From the NCBI GenBank assembly GCA_963822945.1, contig CAWGJO010000024.1:96001-160000 (forward strand): a DNA stretch of 64,000 nucleotides. Reading direction: 5' to 3'. Shown here one piece after another: positions 49,603-59,293 of this stretch. Position 1 is the stretch's first letter, and the number at the start of each line of letters is the position of its first letter. Below the pieces are notes generated by a model, which was given only the letters and a program-made list of their open reading frames with translations, was not told the origin of the DNA and did not search any database. The position numbers and the translations under genes are program-made. Source of the DNA: an uncultured Gemmatimonadaceae bacterium. GTDB lineage: Bacteria > Gemmatimonadota > Gemmatimonadetes > Gemmatimonadales > Gemmatimonadaceae.

Positions 49603-50694
49603 TTACGGAAAGCCGGCCGCCGCGGCCGCCGTCCGGAACGCAGGCCAGGCGAGCTTGTCGGTGCCCTGACCCGTGCGCAGCCCCAGCGAGCAGAGATACG
49701 CCACGAACGGGCCGACGCTCGGGCCGCTCACGCCGTAATAGCCTGGCAGTTGATCGCAGAGCGACTGCGGAAGGTCATACAGACTGAAGAAGCTGAGCAT
49801 TGGCATCTTGCCCGGCCCGATTCTGGCGAACTCGCCGATGCTCGACGACACGAAATCCGCCTGCAACTGTTCATTACCCCCCAATGTGGAGTCGGTGGGC
49901 ATGCCGAACTCCTGTACCACCACCGGCTTGCCACCCGCAAACGCCACCATGGCATCGAGAGTGGCAGGGCCTTCCGATGCCGGCAGCACGTGAAAGTCCG
50001 GCGCGATGGCGTAGTAGGTGAAGACGAGAACGTCCGCCCGCGCAGTGAGCGCACGGATCTGCGCCGCCGAGGCGCCCGCGGCCGAGGCCCATTCCACGGT
50101 CACACCGACCTTCATCGCCGGCGCCTTCTGATGAACGTACGCCACCGCGTCGTTGAAGAAGTCCGTGTAGGCCGCCCAACCGTTGGTGGCGTTGAGGTAG
50201 GCGTCGACTTCGTTGCCGATGGACAGGTACGGCACACGGCCGGTCAGTACCGGGAGCACGGAGTCCAGCAGCGTGTGAAACCGCGCCTTCATCGCCGGGC
50301 TGTCGAACGGCACGCCGAGCAGGTCGGACGGCGTCTCCTTGACGGTGGTGTTGATAACCTGAATTCCGACGAACGGTGTGAACCCCGTTCCCGTCACGAC
50401 GTTCAGCGTGTTCCTCAGCGACGTGAGGTCGATGGCGCCCGGAGTCGGCTCGAGTTCACTCCACCGCTGCGACTGGAAGTACCCGCGTGCGCCCGCGCCG
50501 TAGATGGTGGTGAATGCGTCCAGCACCTCCGACGCGGAGGGCGGGATGTGCACTGTCGTCGCCGATACGGCGAGCAACCCGCGCGCCGACGGGCCGGAGG
50601 GAGGCGGAGTCGCGCCGCCGCTGCCGCAGGCGACCACGCCGGCCGCCCCCAGCAGGACCGCCAGGCGGGCGGCCCGCAGCTGCCGGCGTCCCAC
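49603..50694 (-). CDS. Lipoprotein with clan GH-A-like glycoside hydrolase motifs
   Basis: Lipobox VVAC; SIGNEVD (acid/base) and VVVQEFG (nucleophile) patterns. Start approximate. Confidence 0.7.
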   Translation of the reverse strand: MGRRQLRAARLAVLLGAAGVVACGSGGATPPPSGPSARGLLAVSATTVHIPPSASEVLDAFTTIYGAGARGYFQSQRWSELEPTPGAIDLTSLRNTLNVVTGTGFTPFVGIQVINTTVKETPSDLLGVPFDSPAMKARFHTLLDSVLPVLTGRVPYLSIGNEVDAYLNATNGWAAYTDFFNDAVAYVHQKAPAMKVGVTVEWASAAGASAAQIRALTARADVLVFTYYAIAPDFHVLPASEGPATLDAMVAFAGGKPVVVQEFGMPTDSTLGGNEQLQADFVSSSIGEFARIGPGKMPMLSFFSLYDLPQSLCDQLPGYYGVSGPSVGPFVAYLCSLGLRTGQGTDKLAWPAFRTAAAAAGFP

Positions 50695-50701
50695 CGCGCC
50701 G

Positions 50702-52397
50702 CTAGAAGAACACCGGCTCGCGGTACGCTCCAAAGACATCCTCCATCGCCGCGCGGATCTCGTACAGCGTGCAGTAGCTCCGCGCACACTCGAGGATCAG
50801 GGGCATCAGGTTCTGCGTACCGCGGGCCGCCTCGCGCAGGGCGTCGAGCGCCGTCTTGCACCGCGCGTCATCGCGTTCGGCGCGCAGCTTGTTCATCCGC
50901 TCCCGCTGCCGGCGCTCCGCCGCCTGCCCCACCTTGAGCACCGGAATGGTGAGTTCATCCTCGTCGGTGACGAACTCGTTCACGCCCACCACCACCCGCC
51001 GGTGCTGCTCGATCTCCCACTGCTGGCGGGCCGCCGCCTCGGCGATCTTGCGCTGGAACCAGCCGGTCTCGAGACCCGCCACCACGCCGCCCACGCGCTC
51101 GATCTCGGCGAACATCTCCTCGGCCTCGCGCTCCATCCGGTCGGTGAGGGCCTCCACGTAGTACGACCCGCCCAGCGGATCGATCACGTTGGGCACGCCG
51201 CTCTCGTAGGCCAGAATCTGCTGCGTGCGCAGCGCCACCTGCACCGCTTCTTCCGTGGGCAGCGCCAGCGTCTCGTCCATCGAATTGGTATGCAGCGACT
51301 GCGTGCCGCCGAGCACGGCAGCCAGTGCCTGGTAGGCCACGCGCACGACGTTGTTCATCGGTTGCTGCGCCGTGAGCGTCACGCCGGCGGTCTGCGAGTG
51401 GAAGCGCATGATCCACGAGCGCGGATCCTTGGCGCCGTACCGTTCCTTCATGTGGCGCGCCCAGATACGCCGCGCCGCGCGGAGCTTGGCGATCTCCTCG
51501 AAGAAATCGTTGTGGATGTCCCAGAAGAAGCTCAGCCGGCTGGCGAAGGAGTCGACGTCCAAGCCGCGGGCGACGCCACGCTCCACGTATGTGAATCCAT
51601 CGGCCAGGGTGAACGCCAGCTCCTGCGCCGCTGTCGAGCCCGCCTCGCGGATGTGGTAGCCCGAGATCGAGATCGTATTCCAGAGCGGCGCGTGTTTGGC
51701 GCCCCACTCGAAGCAGTCGACGATCAGGCGCAGCGCCGGCTCGATGGGAAAACACCAGGCGTGCTGCGCCATGTACTCCTTGAGGATGTCGTTCTGGATC
51801 GTGCCCCGCAGCTTGTCGGCCGACACGCCCTGCTTCTCCGCCGCGGCGATGTAGAACGCCCAGAGAATGATCGCCGGGCCATTGATCGTCATCGACGTCG
51901 ACACCTGATCGAGCGGGATGCCGTCGAACAGCACCTCCATGTCGGCCAGACTCGAAATGGCGACGCCCGTCTTCCCCACCTCGCCCAGCGACCGGGGGTG
52001 GTCGGAGTCGTAGCCCATGAGGGTCGGGAAATCGAACGCGGTGGAGAGCCCGGTCTGCCCGTGCTCCAGCAGGAACTTGAACCGCTGGTTGGTGTCCTCG
52101 GCGCTGCCGAATCCCGCGAACTGGCGCATGGTCCACAGCTTGCCGCGATAGCCGGTGGGGTGGATGCCGCGGGTGTACGGGAAAGCCCCCGGCACACCGA
52201 GGTCGCTCTCGCGGTTGCCCTGTACGTCGAGCGCCGTGAACAGGGGCTCGATCTCGCCTTCCGAATTCACGAACGCCAGGTCGCGCTTCTCGCCCTTGGC
52301 GAACCGGGCCCGCCAGGCCTCGACTTCGGCACGCAGCCGCTCCAGTTCGGCGCGCTGCTCGGCAACGGTTTCCGGAGAGATCCCGCGTGGACGTCAT
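50702..52397 (-). CDS. B12-dependent acyl-CoA mutase large subunit, isobutyryl-CoA-mutase-like; frameshift near 52380
   Basis: [54 protein letters not shown] at 52397 overlaps the meaB stop. Confidence 0.9.
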
Positions 52398-53476
52398 GGC
52401 TTCACCTGCGTCAGAAGGGTTCCACTTCTCGCGAGCAGCGCGTCGGCGACGGCGAACGGGTTGGTCTCGCCCGCTTCCAGCGCCGGCAGCCGTTCGTCGA
52501 GCCAGGCATTGGTTCCGGCGTCCTTCCACAGCCGGTCGCGCACCCGGGACTCCACCACGTGCATCACCCGGTCGCGCAACCGCCGGCGGCGCCGAAGCCG
52601 CAGCTCGCCACTGCGGTCAAGATAATGATACAGGCGGTCCAACGCGTCCACGACCTCGGCGACGCCCTCCGCGTTGACGGCCACCGTGCGCAGCACGGGG
52701 GGCGTCCAGCGGTCCGCGTCCGCTTCCCGGGCCGCTTCGCGCGCCAGACGCGCCGGATTCTTGCGCGAGAGATCCACTCCGTGGTGGGCGGGCGTGTTCT
52801 TCATGGTGGCGCCGGAGCGCAAGCCGAGCATCAGTTCCAACTCGTTGCGCAGCCGGTCGGCGCCAGGACGGTCGGCCTTGTTGACCACGAACACGTCGGC
52901 GATCTCCATGAGCCCTGCCTTCAGGGTCTGGATGGAATCGCCCGACTCCGGCACCAGCACCACCACACTGACGTCCGCAATGCGCGAGATGTCCAACTCA
53001 CTCTGCCCCACGCCCACCGTCTCGATGATGATGCGGTCGATGCCGAAGGCGTCGAGCACGTCGGCCACTTCGCTGGTGGTCGCGGCCAGTCCGCCAAGGG
53101 AGCCGCGGGTGGCCATGGAGCGGATGAACACGCCCTCGTCGAGCGCCACGGACTCCATCCGGATGCGATCGCCCAACAGGGCGCCGCCGGTGAACGGCGA
53201 CGTCGGATCGACCGCCACGACTCCCACCGAGAGCCCGGCGTCGCGATAGGCCTTCACGAGCACGGCGGTGAGCGTGCTCTTGCCGGCGCCCGGCGGACCG
53301 GTGAGGCCGATGCGGCGGGCCCCGCCGAGCTTGGGTTGCCAGTGAGCCAGCAGGGTGTCGAACCCCGCCCGGTGGTTCTCGACGATGCTCACGGCGCGGG
53401 CCAGTGCCGCGCGCCGGCCTTCGGCGAACTGCTGCAGCAGTTGCTCGTGCGCGGGGGAATGTGTGGGTGCGGTCAT
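52394..53476 (-). CDS. meaB: Acyl-CoA mutase-associated GTPase
   Basis: GLTGPPGAGKST, DPTSPFTGGALLGDRIRM, ETVGVGQSE, NKAD. Confidence 0.95.
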   Translation of the reverse strand: MTAPTHSPAHEQLLQQFAEGRRAALARAVSIVENHRAGFDTLLAHWQPKLGGARRIGLTGPPGAGKSTLTAVLVKAYRDAGLSVGVVAVDPTSPFTGGALLGDRIRMESVALDEGVFIRSMATRGSLGGLAATTSEVADVLDAFGIDRIIIETVGVGQSELDISRIADVSVVVLVPESGDSIQTLKAGLMEIADVFVVNKADRPGADRLRNELELMLGLRSGATMKNTPAHHGVDLSRKNPARLAREAAREADADRWTPPVLRTVAVNAEGVAEVVDALDRLYHYLDRSGELRLRRRRRLRDRVMHVVESRVRDRLWKDAGTNAWLDERLPALEAGETNPFAVADALLARSGTLLTQVKP

Positions 53477-54438
53477 GCGGATGTCGGGGCCGGTTCGTCG
53501 TGCTCGTCGCGAATGTCGCCGACGAGTTCTTCCAGCAGGTCTTCGAGCGTCACGATGCCGATGGTGCGGGCGTTCGTGTCATGGACGATGGCCAGGTGCT
53601 GGTGGTCTCGCAGCATCTGGAACAGGAGTTCGCTGCACCGTGTGTCCGCCGAGGTCTGGGTCACCGGGCGCGGAGACGTGAGCGCCGTGTCGGCGCCTCG
53701 CAGCAGATCGAAGGCATGGATCATCCCGGTCACCCGGTCCAGCGACCCGTGATACACGGGCACGCGGCTGTACGCCGAGTGGGCCACCAGCTCGGCGGCC
53801 GCGTGGGGGTCCGTGGTATCGGCAACCGCGAACACTTGCTCGCGCGGCGTCATGACGTCCTCCACCACCTTGTCGCCGAACTCCGCCACGCCGCTGATGA
53901 TCACCGCGTCGTCGCGCGCGCTCACGCCTTCGAGTTCGCCTTCCCGCAGCAGCCGCTCCACGGCGCGCCGTTCGGCCGTCGGGCCGGCCGGCACCCCGGC
54001 GGGAACGCCGCGCAGCCGCCGCGCGGCCGAGAGGACCGGGGCGGCGGCAGCCACGGAACCGCGCAGCAACGGCAGCGTGAGCGACGCCAGCCCCTCGGTG
54101 GAGTGGCGGGCCAGCGCGCGGGCGAATGACTGGGCCACCATCACCAGAACGACCGCGCAGATCACCAGGTCCCAGGCAACGGCAGCAACCGAGGCCGACG
54201 GCCGGGCCGCCAGCGCGCCGCCGGCCAGGGCGATGACGAAGCCCACCATCACCGACCCGGACGCGATGAGCCGCTGCGGGCCAGTGACCGAGTCGAGGGG
54301 AACCGTTGCCCCGCGCAGGCCGCGTTCCGCCCAGTGCCGGAGCCAGATGCGGCTGGCGAGGCGCACCACGGTGATGCCCGCCACCAGCCATGCGATGACC
54401 ACGGCAGCCACGACGATGATCAGGCCGGGCGCGCTCAT
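53473..54438 (-). CDS. CNNM/CBS-domain protein (HlyC/CorC-like, no C-terminal CorC domain)
   Basis: TM N-terminus, VMTPR, YSRVPVY, GIVTLEDLLEELVGDIRDE. Confidence 0.85.
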   Translation of the reverse strand: MSAPGLIIVVAAVVIAWLVAGITVVRLASRIWLRHWAERGLRGATVPLDSVTGPQRLIASGSVMVGFVIALAGGALAARPSASVAAVAWDLVICAVVLVMVAQSFARALARHSTEGLASLTLPLLRGSVAAAAPVLSAARRLRGVPAGVPAGPTAERRAVERLLREGELEGVSARDDAVIISGVAEFGDKVVEDVMTPREQVFAVADTTDPHAAAELVAHSAYSRVPVYHGSLDRVTGMIHAFDLLRGADTALTSPRPVTQTSADTRCSELLFQMLRDHQHLAIVHDTNARTIGIVTLEDLLEELVGDIRDEHDEPAPTSA

Positions 54439-55655
54439 GCGTCGCCCTCGCCGGCGGCCGTTCGCGCCGGCTGCCGCTCGAAATACACGCGTTCCACGCG
54501 CCGGCGATGCACCCGCTCCACCACAACCCGGAAATCGCCGATCGTCGTCGTATCGCCGGGACGCGGCACGCGGCCGAATTCGTCGTACGCCAGCCCGCCC
54601 ACCGTGGACACGTCGTCGCGCTCCAACGAGATGCCCAGCAGGTCCGAGAGATCGGTCAGCGGCACCTTGCCCAGCACCCAGAAGCGGTCGTTACCCTCGC
54701 GCTCGATGTCGGGCTCCTCCACATCGCGCTCGTCGCGAATCTCACCGACGATCTCCTCGAGCACGTCCTCGATCGTCACCAGTCCGGCGGTACCGCCGAA
54801 TTCATCGACCACGATGGCCATGTGCGTGCCGCTCTTCCGGAACTCCCGGAGTTGGCGGTCGATGGTCTTGGACGCCGGAATGAAGGTGGCCGGCCGAATG
54901 ATGGTCGCCCATCCCCCGGGCGGTTCCTCGGCCCGCAGCGCCCAAGCCAGCAGATCCTTGGCGTACAGGACGCCGAGCACCTCGTCGAGCGTGTCACGGA
55001 ACACCGGCAGCCTGGCGTGCTCCGAGCTGCGTACGCGGTCGAGCACCTCCGACCACGGCATGTCGACGTCCACGCCCACGATATCCACTCGCGGCACCAT
55101 GATCTCGTCGACGCTCGTCTCGGCCAGCGCGAATGCCCGATGGAGCAGCGTCGCGTCACTGGTGGTTCCCTCGTCGGACGCGGCGAGCACAGCCCGCAGC
55201 TGCTCCGCGGTGGCCTGCCGTTCCGCCTCGATGTCGGACCGCGGCGGGATGACCCGGTTGAGCGCCGACTCGAGGGCCACACCGAACAGCACGATCGGTC
55301 GCAACAGCAGTGAGACGACGGCCGTGAACCATCGGGTGCGCGCCGCCGCCGCCGGGCCGCGGATGGCCGCGACTTCCCGGACCGCCGCGTCGAGCACGAG
55401 CACGGCCGCGATTACCGCCAGCCAGAGCACGCCCCGGACGAGCGCCGGCGCCGGAACGGCTTGCAGCAGGCCGCGCGCCGCGCCGGCGCCCAGTGCCAGA
55501 TAGGCCAGCACCCGGGTGAAGGCCAGTGCCCGATGCGATTCCACGGCGCCGCTCACGTGCCGGCAGTCGGGGGAAACCAGCGCGCCACCGGCAGCGGCGG
55601 TCAGGACGGCGAGCCCGGCGCCCGCCGCAGCGAACAACCAGCCGATGCCGGTCAC
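54435..55655 (-). CDS. HlyC/CorC family CBS-domain transporter
   Basis: IMVPR, HARLPV, VVDEFGGTAGLVTIEDVLEEIVGEI, STVGG CorC domain. Confidence 0.88.
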   Translation of the reverse strand: MTGIGWLFAAAGAGLAVLTAAAGGALVSPDCRHVSGAVESHRALAFTRVLAYLALGAGAARGLLQAVPAPALVRGVLWLAVIAAVLVLDAAVREVAAIRGPAAAARTRWFTAVVSLLLRPIVLFGVALESALNRVIPPRSDIEAERQATAEQLRAVLAASDEGTTSDATLLHRAFALAETSVDEIMVPRVDIVGVDVDMPWSEVLDRVRSSEHARLPVFRDTLDEVLGVLYAKDLLAWALRAEEPPGGWATIIRPATFIPASKTIDRQLREFRKSGTHMAIVVDEFGGTAGLVTIEDVLEEIVGEIRDERDVEEPDIEREGNDRFWVLGKVPLTDLSDLLGISLERDDVSTVGGLAYDEFGRVPRPGDTTTIGDFRVVVERVHRRRVERVYFERQPARTAAGEGDA

Positions 55656-56101
55656 GCGCGCGCGCTCCGGAGCACTCGCGCCACCAGCCGCTCCTGTCGT
55701 TTCCACATGTCCGACGTCAGCCGCGACTCGTCGTCGGGGTGGTCGTACCCCAGCACGTGCAGCGTCCCGTGCACCACCAGGCGTACCAGTTCCTCGCGCA
55801 GGGGGATCTTCCGCTCGCGGGCCGCCCGCCGTGCGACCTCCATGGCGATGTAGATGTCGCCGGTAACGGGTGCGCCGGAGGTGGCGGGCAGGAAGCCGAA
55901 CGAGATGACGTCGGTGGGACCGCGATGCCCCAGATGCTTCCGGTTCAGCGCGGCGATCGTGCGGTCGTCGACGAAGGTCACCGACAGCACGGCGTGCGCC
56001 ACATGCTCGGCGCGCAGCGCGGCGCGCGCCGCCGCCACGGCCAGCGCCCGCGGCATGCCGAGTCGGCCGCTCTCCACGGATACGTCCACGGTGACGCTCA
56101 T
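55652..56101 (-). CDS. ybeY: rRNA maturation RNase YbeY
   Basis: PTDVISF, HGTLHVLGYDH. Confidence 0.93.
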   Translation of the reverse strand: MSVTVDVSVESGRLGMPRALAVAAARAALRAEHVAHAVLSVTFVDDRTIAALNRKHLGHRGPTDVISFGFLPATSGAPVTGDIYIAMEVARRAARERKIPLREELVRLVVHGTLHVLGYDHPDDESRLTSDMWKRQERLVARVLRSARA

Positions 56102-58302
56102 CGCGCCGCGAACCCGGAGGAGACGCCGCCACCCGATGCCGGATAGTCGATGCGGGCGTGGTGCATCCCGGACAGGACGCGTGTGAACTCGGCCTTGACC
56201 AGTTCCAGCTGGCGAAGGGTCAACGGCGCATCGCGCAACTGCCCCTGCTCGAGTCGCTGCTTCACGATGTGTTCCACCACGTCGCGGATGCGGGCCGGAG
56301 TCGGATCGTTGAGCACGCGCACGGCGGCCTCGGTGCCGTCCGCCAACATGAGGATGGCCGTCTCGGCGCTCTGCGGCACCGGGCCCGGATACTGATAGTC
56401 GGCCGGCTGGAGGTCGGCCGCATCGTGGGCGCTCTGCCGGGCGCGCTCCAGGAAGTAGGAGATGGTTCCGGTGCCGTGGTGCTCCGCGATGAACGCGCGC
56501 AGCACCCGCGGCACGCCGTTCTCCTCGGCCAACTGGAGGCCTTCCCGCACGTGATTGCGGATGATCTGCGCGCTCTGGAGCGGCTGGAGTTGGTCGTGTG
56601 GATTCCGTCCCTTGGCCTGGTTCTCCACGAAGTACTGCGGGTTGCCCAGCTTTCCGATGTCGTGGTAGTACGCGCCCACGCGGGCGAGAAGCGCGTTGGC
56701 GCCGACGGCGCGGCACCCCGCCTCGGCGAGGTTGGCGATCTGCATGGAGTGGGCAAAGGTGCCCGAGGCCTCGAGGCTCAACCGCTGCATGAGCGGACGG
56801 TTGAGGTCGGACCACTCGAGCAGCGTGAGGTCGGTCTCGGTGCCGGTATACCGCTCCGCAACGGGAAGCACCAGCAGCGCCACGAGCACGCTGATCACGG
56901 CGTTGAGCGCGCCGTACGCCGACGATCCGGCAATGGTGGTCGTCGGCAGATCGAGGGTGAGCCCCACCGCCACCACCCCCGCGCAGTACGCCGCGGCGAT
57001 GACGACGATCCAGTAGTAGGCCTGCTGGCGGGTGCGCACGGCGCGTACGCTGAACGCCGCCGCCGCGCCGCCGATGATGTTCACGTACAGCGCATTGGTT
57101 CCGCGGAACGCCGCCTGTCCGCCGAGCAATCCGGCCAGCAGCACGGCCACGATCATTGCGATGCGTTGATCGAACAGCGCGCTGATCACGATCGCGGCGA
57201 TGCCCACCGGTATCAATTCCGGCCGCAGCGGCCGGAGATGGGATACCAGCGCCCCGCCCACGATGACCAGCGCCGTCACCCCGGCGATCACGATGAGCGA
57301 CCGCATGGACTCGTACACGTGCGGGCGGAAGATCAACACGGTGAGCCCGAGCAGCGTGATCAGCAGCGCGTCGAACAGCAGCGCGCCTGCCGCGCGCCTG
57401 ATCTCCGGCACCGCGCCGCGCCGCTGGTCCATGGCGTCGTGCAGCGCCACCAGCTTCTCGTGCTGCTCGGCGCCCACCACCTCGTTCGCCCCGACGATCT
57501 TCTCGCCGGCCCGCACGTCGAACTTGCTCACCGGCACCGACCGCCGGAGCTGTCCCCGCCGCATGTCCGTGATGGCCGTGTCGGCGACGATCGTCGGGTG
57601 GAAGAAGCCGCGCAGCAGGCGCTCGTAGATGCCGCGCGCCACCGGGCCAGCATCGGGCTGGAGGGCCCGGGCCTGGACGGCGAACTCGGCGAACGTGCGC
57701 ACACTGTCGGACGGCTGCGGGTGCTCGGCCTGTCCGCGTCGCAGCACCACCTCCCCGCTCACGCCGTTCAATGCCCCTTCGGCCGCCACGCCGGACGACA
57801 GCCAACGACCGTACGCCTGTGCCACGGCGTTGACCATGCGCCCACGACGGCCGGCGTCGGCCAGGTAGGACACCTCGCGCCCGGTGAGGGCTACGTGGAA
57901 CGTCGCCGCCGCCCGCTGCACCGGTACGGAGTCTCCGTGGGCGCCCGCGTACGCAGCGTTCAGCGCCGCGGCGAATGCCCGCAGCTGTCCCTGCGCCGTG
58001 TCGAGCGCCGATGGGACGAGCGTGTAGACCGGCTCAACCGTCCGGGCCAGCGCCTCCCGCTCCCGACTCAACTCGGCCTCGTCCTTCATCACGCGGAAGG
58101 CGAACGGCGCGATCACGTTCTCGCTCGCCACCGACCCGACCTCGTAAATCGGGAAGTTCGCCGCGGGCACGGCCGGGAAGAGCGCGTACGTCAGCAGGGT
58201 GAGGACGACCCCGAGGGCGATCCGCGGCCCATGGGCCGTCCGGTGCCTGCCCGCCGCGGAGGGCTCGCCGTTGGAGCGCGATGGTCGATCGGGGGCCGTC
58301 AC
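56098..58302 (-). CDS. 7TM-HDIG phosphohydrolase (PgpH-like)
   Basis: Extracellular domain, multiple TM helices, GTFAHS, YYHDIGK, EHHGT, MLAD. Confidence 0.9.
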   Translation of the reverse strand: MTAPDRPSRSNGEPSAAGRHRTAHGPRIALGVVLTLLTYALFPAVPAANFPIYEVGSVASENVIAPFAFRVMKDEAELSREREALARTVEPVYTLVPSALDTAQGQLRAFAAALNAAYAGAHGDSVPVQRAAATFHVALTGREVSYLADAGRRGRMVNAVAQAYGRWLSSGVAAEGALNGVSGEVVLRRGQAEHPQPSDSVRTFAEFAVQARALQPDAGPVARGIYERLLRGFFHPTIVADTAITDMRRGQLRRSVPVSKFDVRAGEKIVGANEVVGAEQHEKLVALHDAMDQRRGAVPEIRRAAGALLFDALLITLLGLTVLIFRPHVYESMRSLIVIAGVTALVIVGGALVSHLRPLRPELIPVGIAAIVISALFDQRIAMIVAVLLAGLLGGQAAFRGTNALYVNIIGGAAAAFSVRAVRTRQQAYYWIVVIAAAYCAGVVAVGLTLDLPTTTIAGSSAYGALNAVISVLVALLVLPVAERYTGTETDLTLLEWSDLNRPLMQRLSLEASGTFAHSMQIANLAEAGCRAVGANALLARVGAYYHDIGKLGNPQYFVENQAKGRNPHDQLQPLQSAQIIRNHVREGLQLAEENGVPRVLRAFIAEHHGTGTISYFLERARQSAHDAADLQPADYQYPGPVPQSAETAILMLADGTEAAVRVLNDPTPARIRDVVEHIVKQRLEQGQLRDAPLTLRQLELVKAEFTRVLSGMHHARIDYPASGGGVSSGFAAR

Positions 58303-58309
58303 CGCGCCC

Positions 58310-59293
58310 TCAACTCTCCAGGTCCTCGGCGTACGCACGAATGATCTGGCGCACCAACCGATGTCGCACGACGTCGCTCTCGTCGAAGTACTGGAACGCG
58401 ATCCCGTCGATGCCCGTGAGGATCCGCTCCACTTGCAGCAGGCCGGATTCCTCGCGCTTGGGCAGGTCCACCTGGGTCTTGTCGCCGGTGATCACGACCT
58501 TGGAATTCACCCCCAGCCGCGTGAGGAACATCTTCATCTGCATGGACGTCGCGTTCTGCGCCTCGTCGAGAATGACGAACGCGTCGGCCAGGGTTCGCCC
58601 GCGCATGAACGCCAGCGGCGCGATCTCGATGACGCGGGTCTCCAGCGCCTTCTGCACGCGCTCGAAGGGCATCATCTCGTCGAGCGCGTCGTACAGCGGC
58701 CGCAGATACGGATCGACCTTGGCCTGCATGTCGCCGGGCAGGAACCCCAGCGACTCACCGGCCTCGACGGCCGGCCGCGCCAGCACGATCCGGCGCACGC
58801 GCTTCCGCACGAGCGCATCCACCGCCGCGGCCACGGCCAGGTAGGTCTTGCCGGTGCCAGCCGGCCCGATGCCGACCACGATGTCCTGGTCGGCGATCTT
58901 CTTGAGGTACTCAGTCTGCCCCGGCGTCTTGGCCTGCACCACCGTGCGCACACCCGGCAGGGCGATGCGCGACGTGGCCGGTACCGCGCCGTTCTCCGGC
59001 GGCGCCTCCCCGTTCCGCGCCTCCTCGATGCCCAGTTCGGAGAGCCGGAGCACGTCGTCGGCCGACAGGGCCAACCGCTGCCGCGCCACGTCCACCATGC
59101 GCTGGCCCACCGGCACCGCGCGCGACACCAATTCTTCAGGGCCGGTGATGGACAGCGCGTCTCCACGCAATGCCACCCGCACCCCGAACAGCCGCGCCAG
59201 CTCGACGAGATTCACATCGTTCACGCCGGCCAGCGTGAGCAGATCGGCGCCCTCGGTCGAGATCCGTCGCGTTGTGCTGCCGGCGTCGCTCAC
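58310..59293 (-). CDS. phoH: PhoH family ATPase
   Basis: GPAGTGKT, RPAVEAGE, MRGRT, DEAQN. Confidence 0.95.
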   Translation of the reverse strand: MSDAGSTTRRISTEGADLLTLAGVNDVNLVELARLFGVRVALRGDALSITGPEELVSRAVPVGQRMVDVARQRLALSADDVLRLSELGIEEARNGEAPPENGAVPATSRIALPGVRTVVQAKTPGQTEYLKKIADQDIVVGIGPAGTGKTYLAVAAAVDALVRKRVRRIVLARPAVEAGESLGFLPGDMQAKVDPYLRPLYDALDEMMPFERVQKALETRVIEIAPLAFMRGRTLADAFVILDEAQNATSMQMKMFLTRLGVNSKVVITGDKTQVDLPKREESGLLQVERILTGIDGIAFQYFDESDVVRHRLVRQIIRAYAEDLES

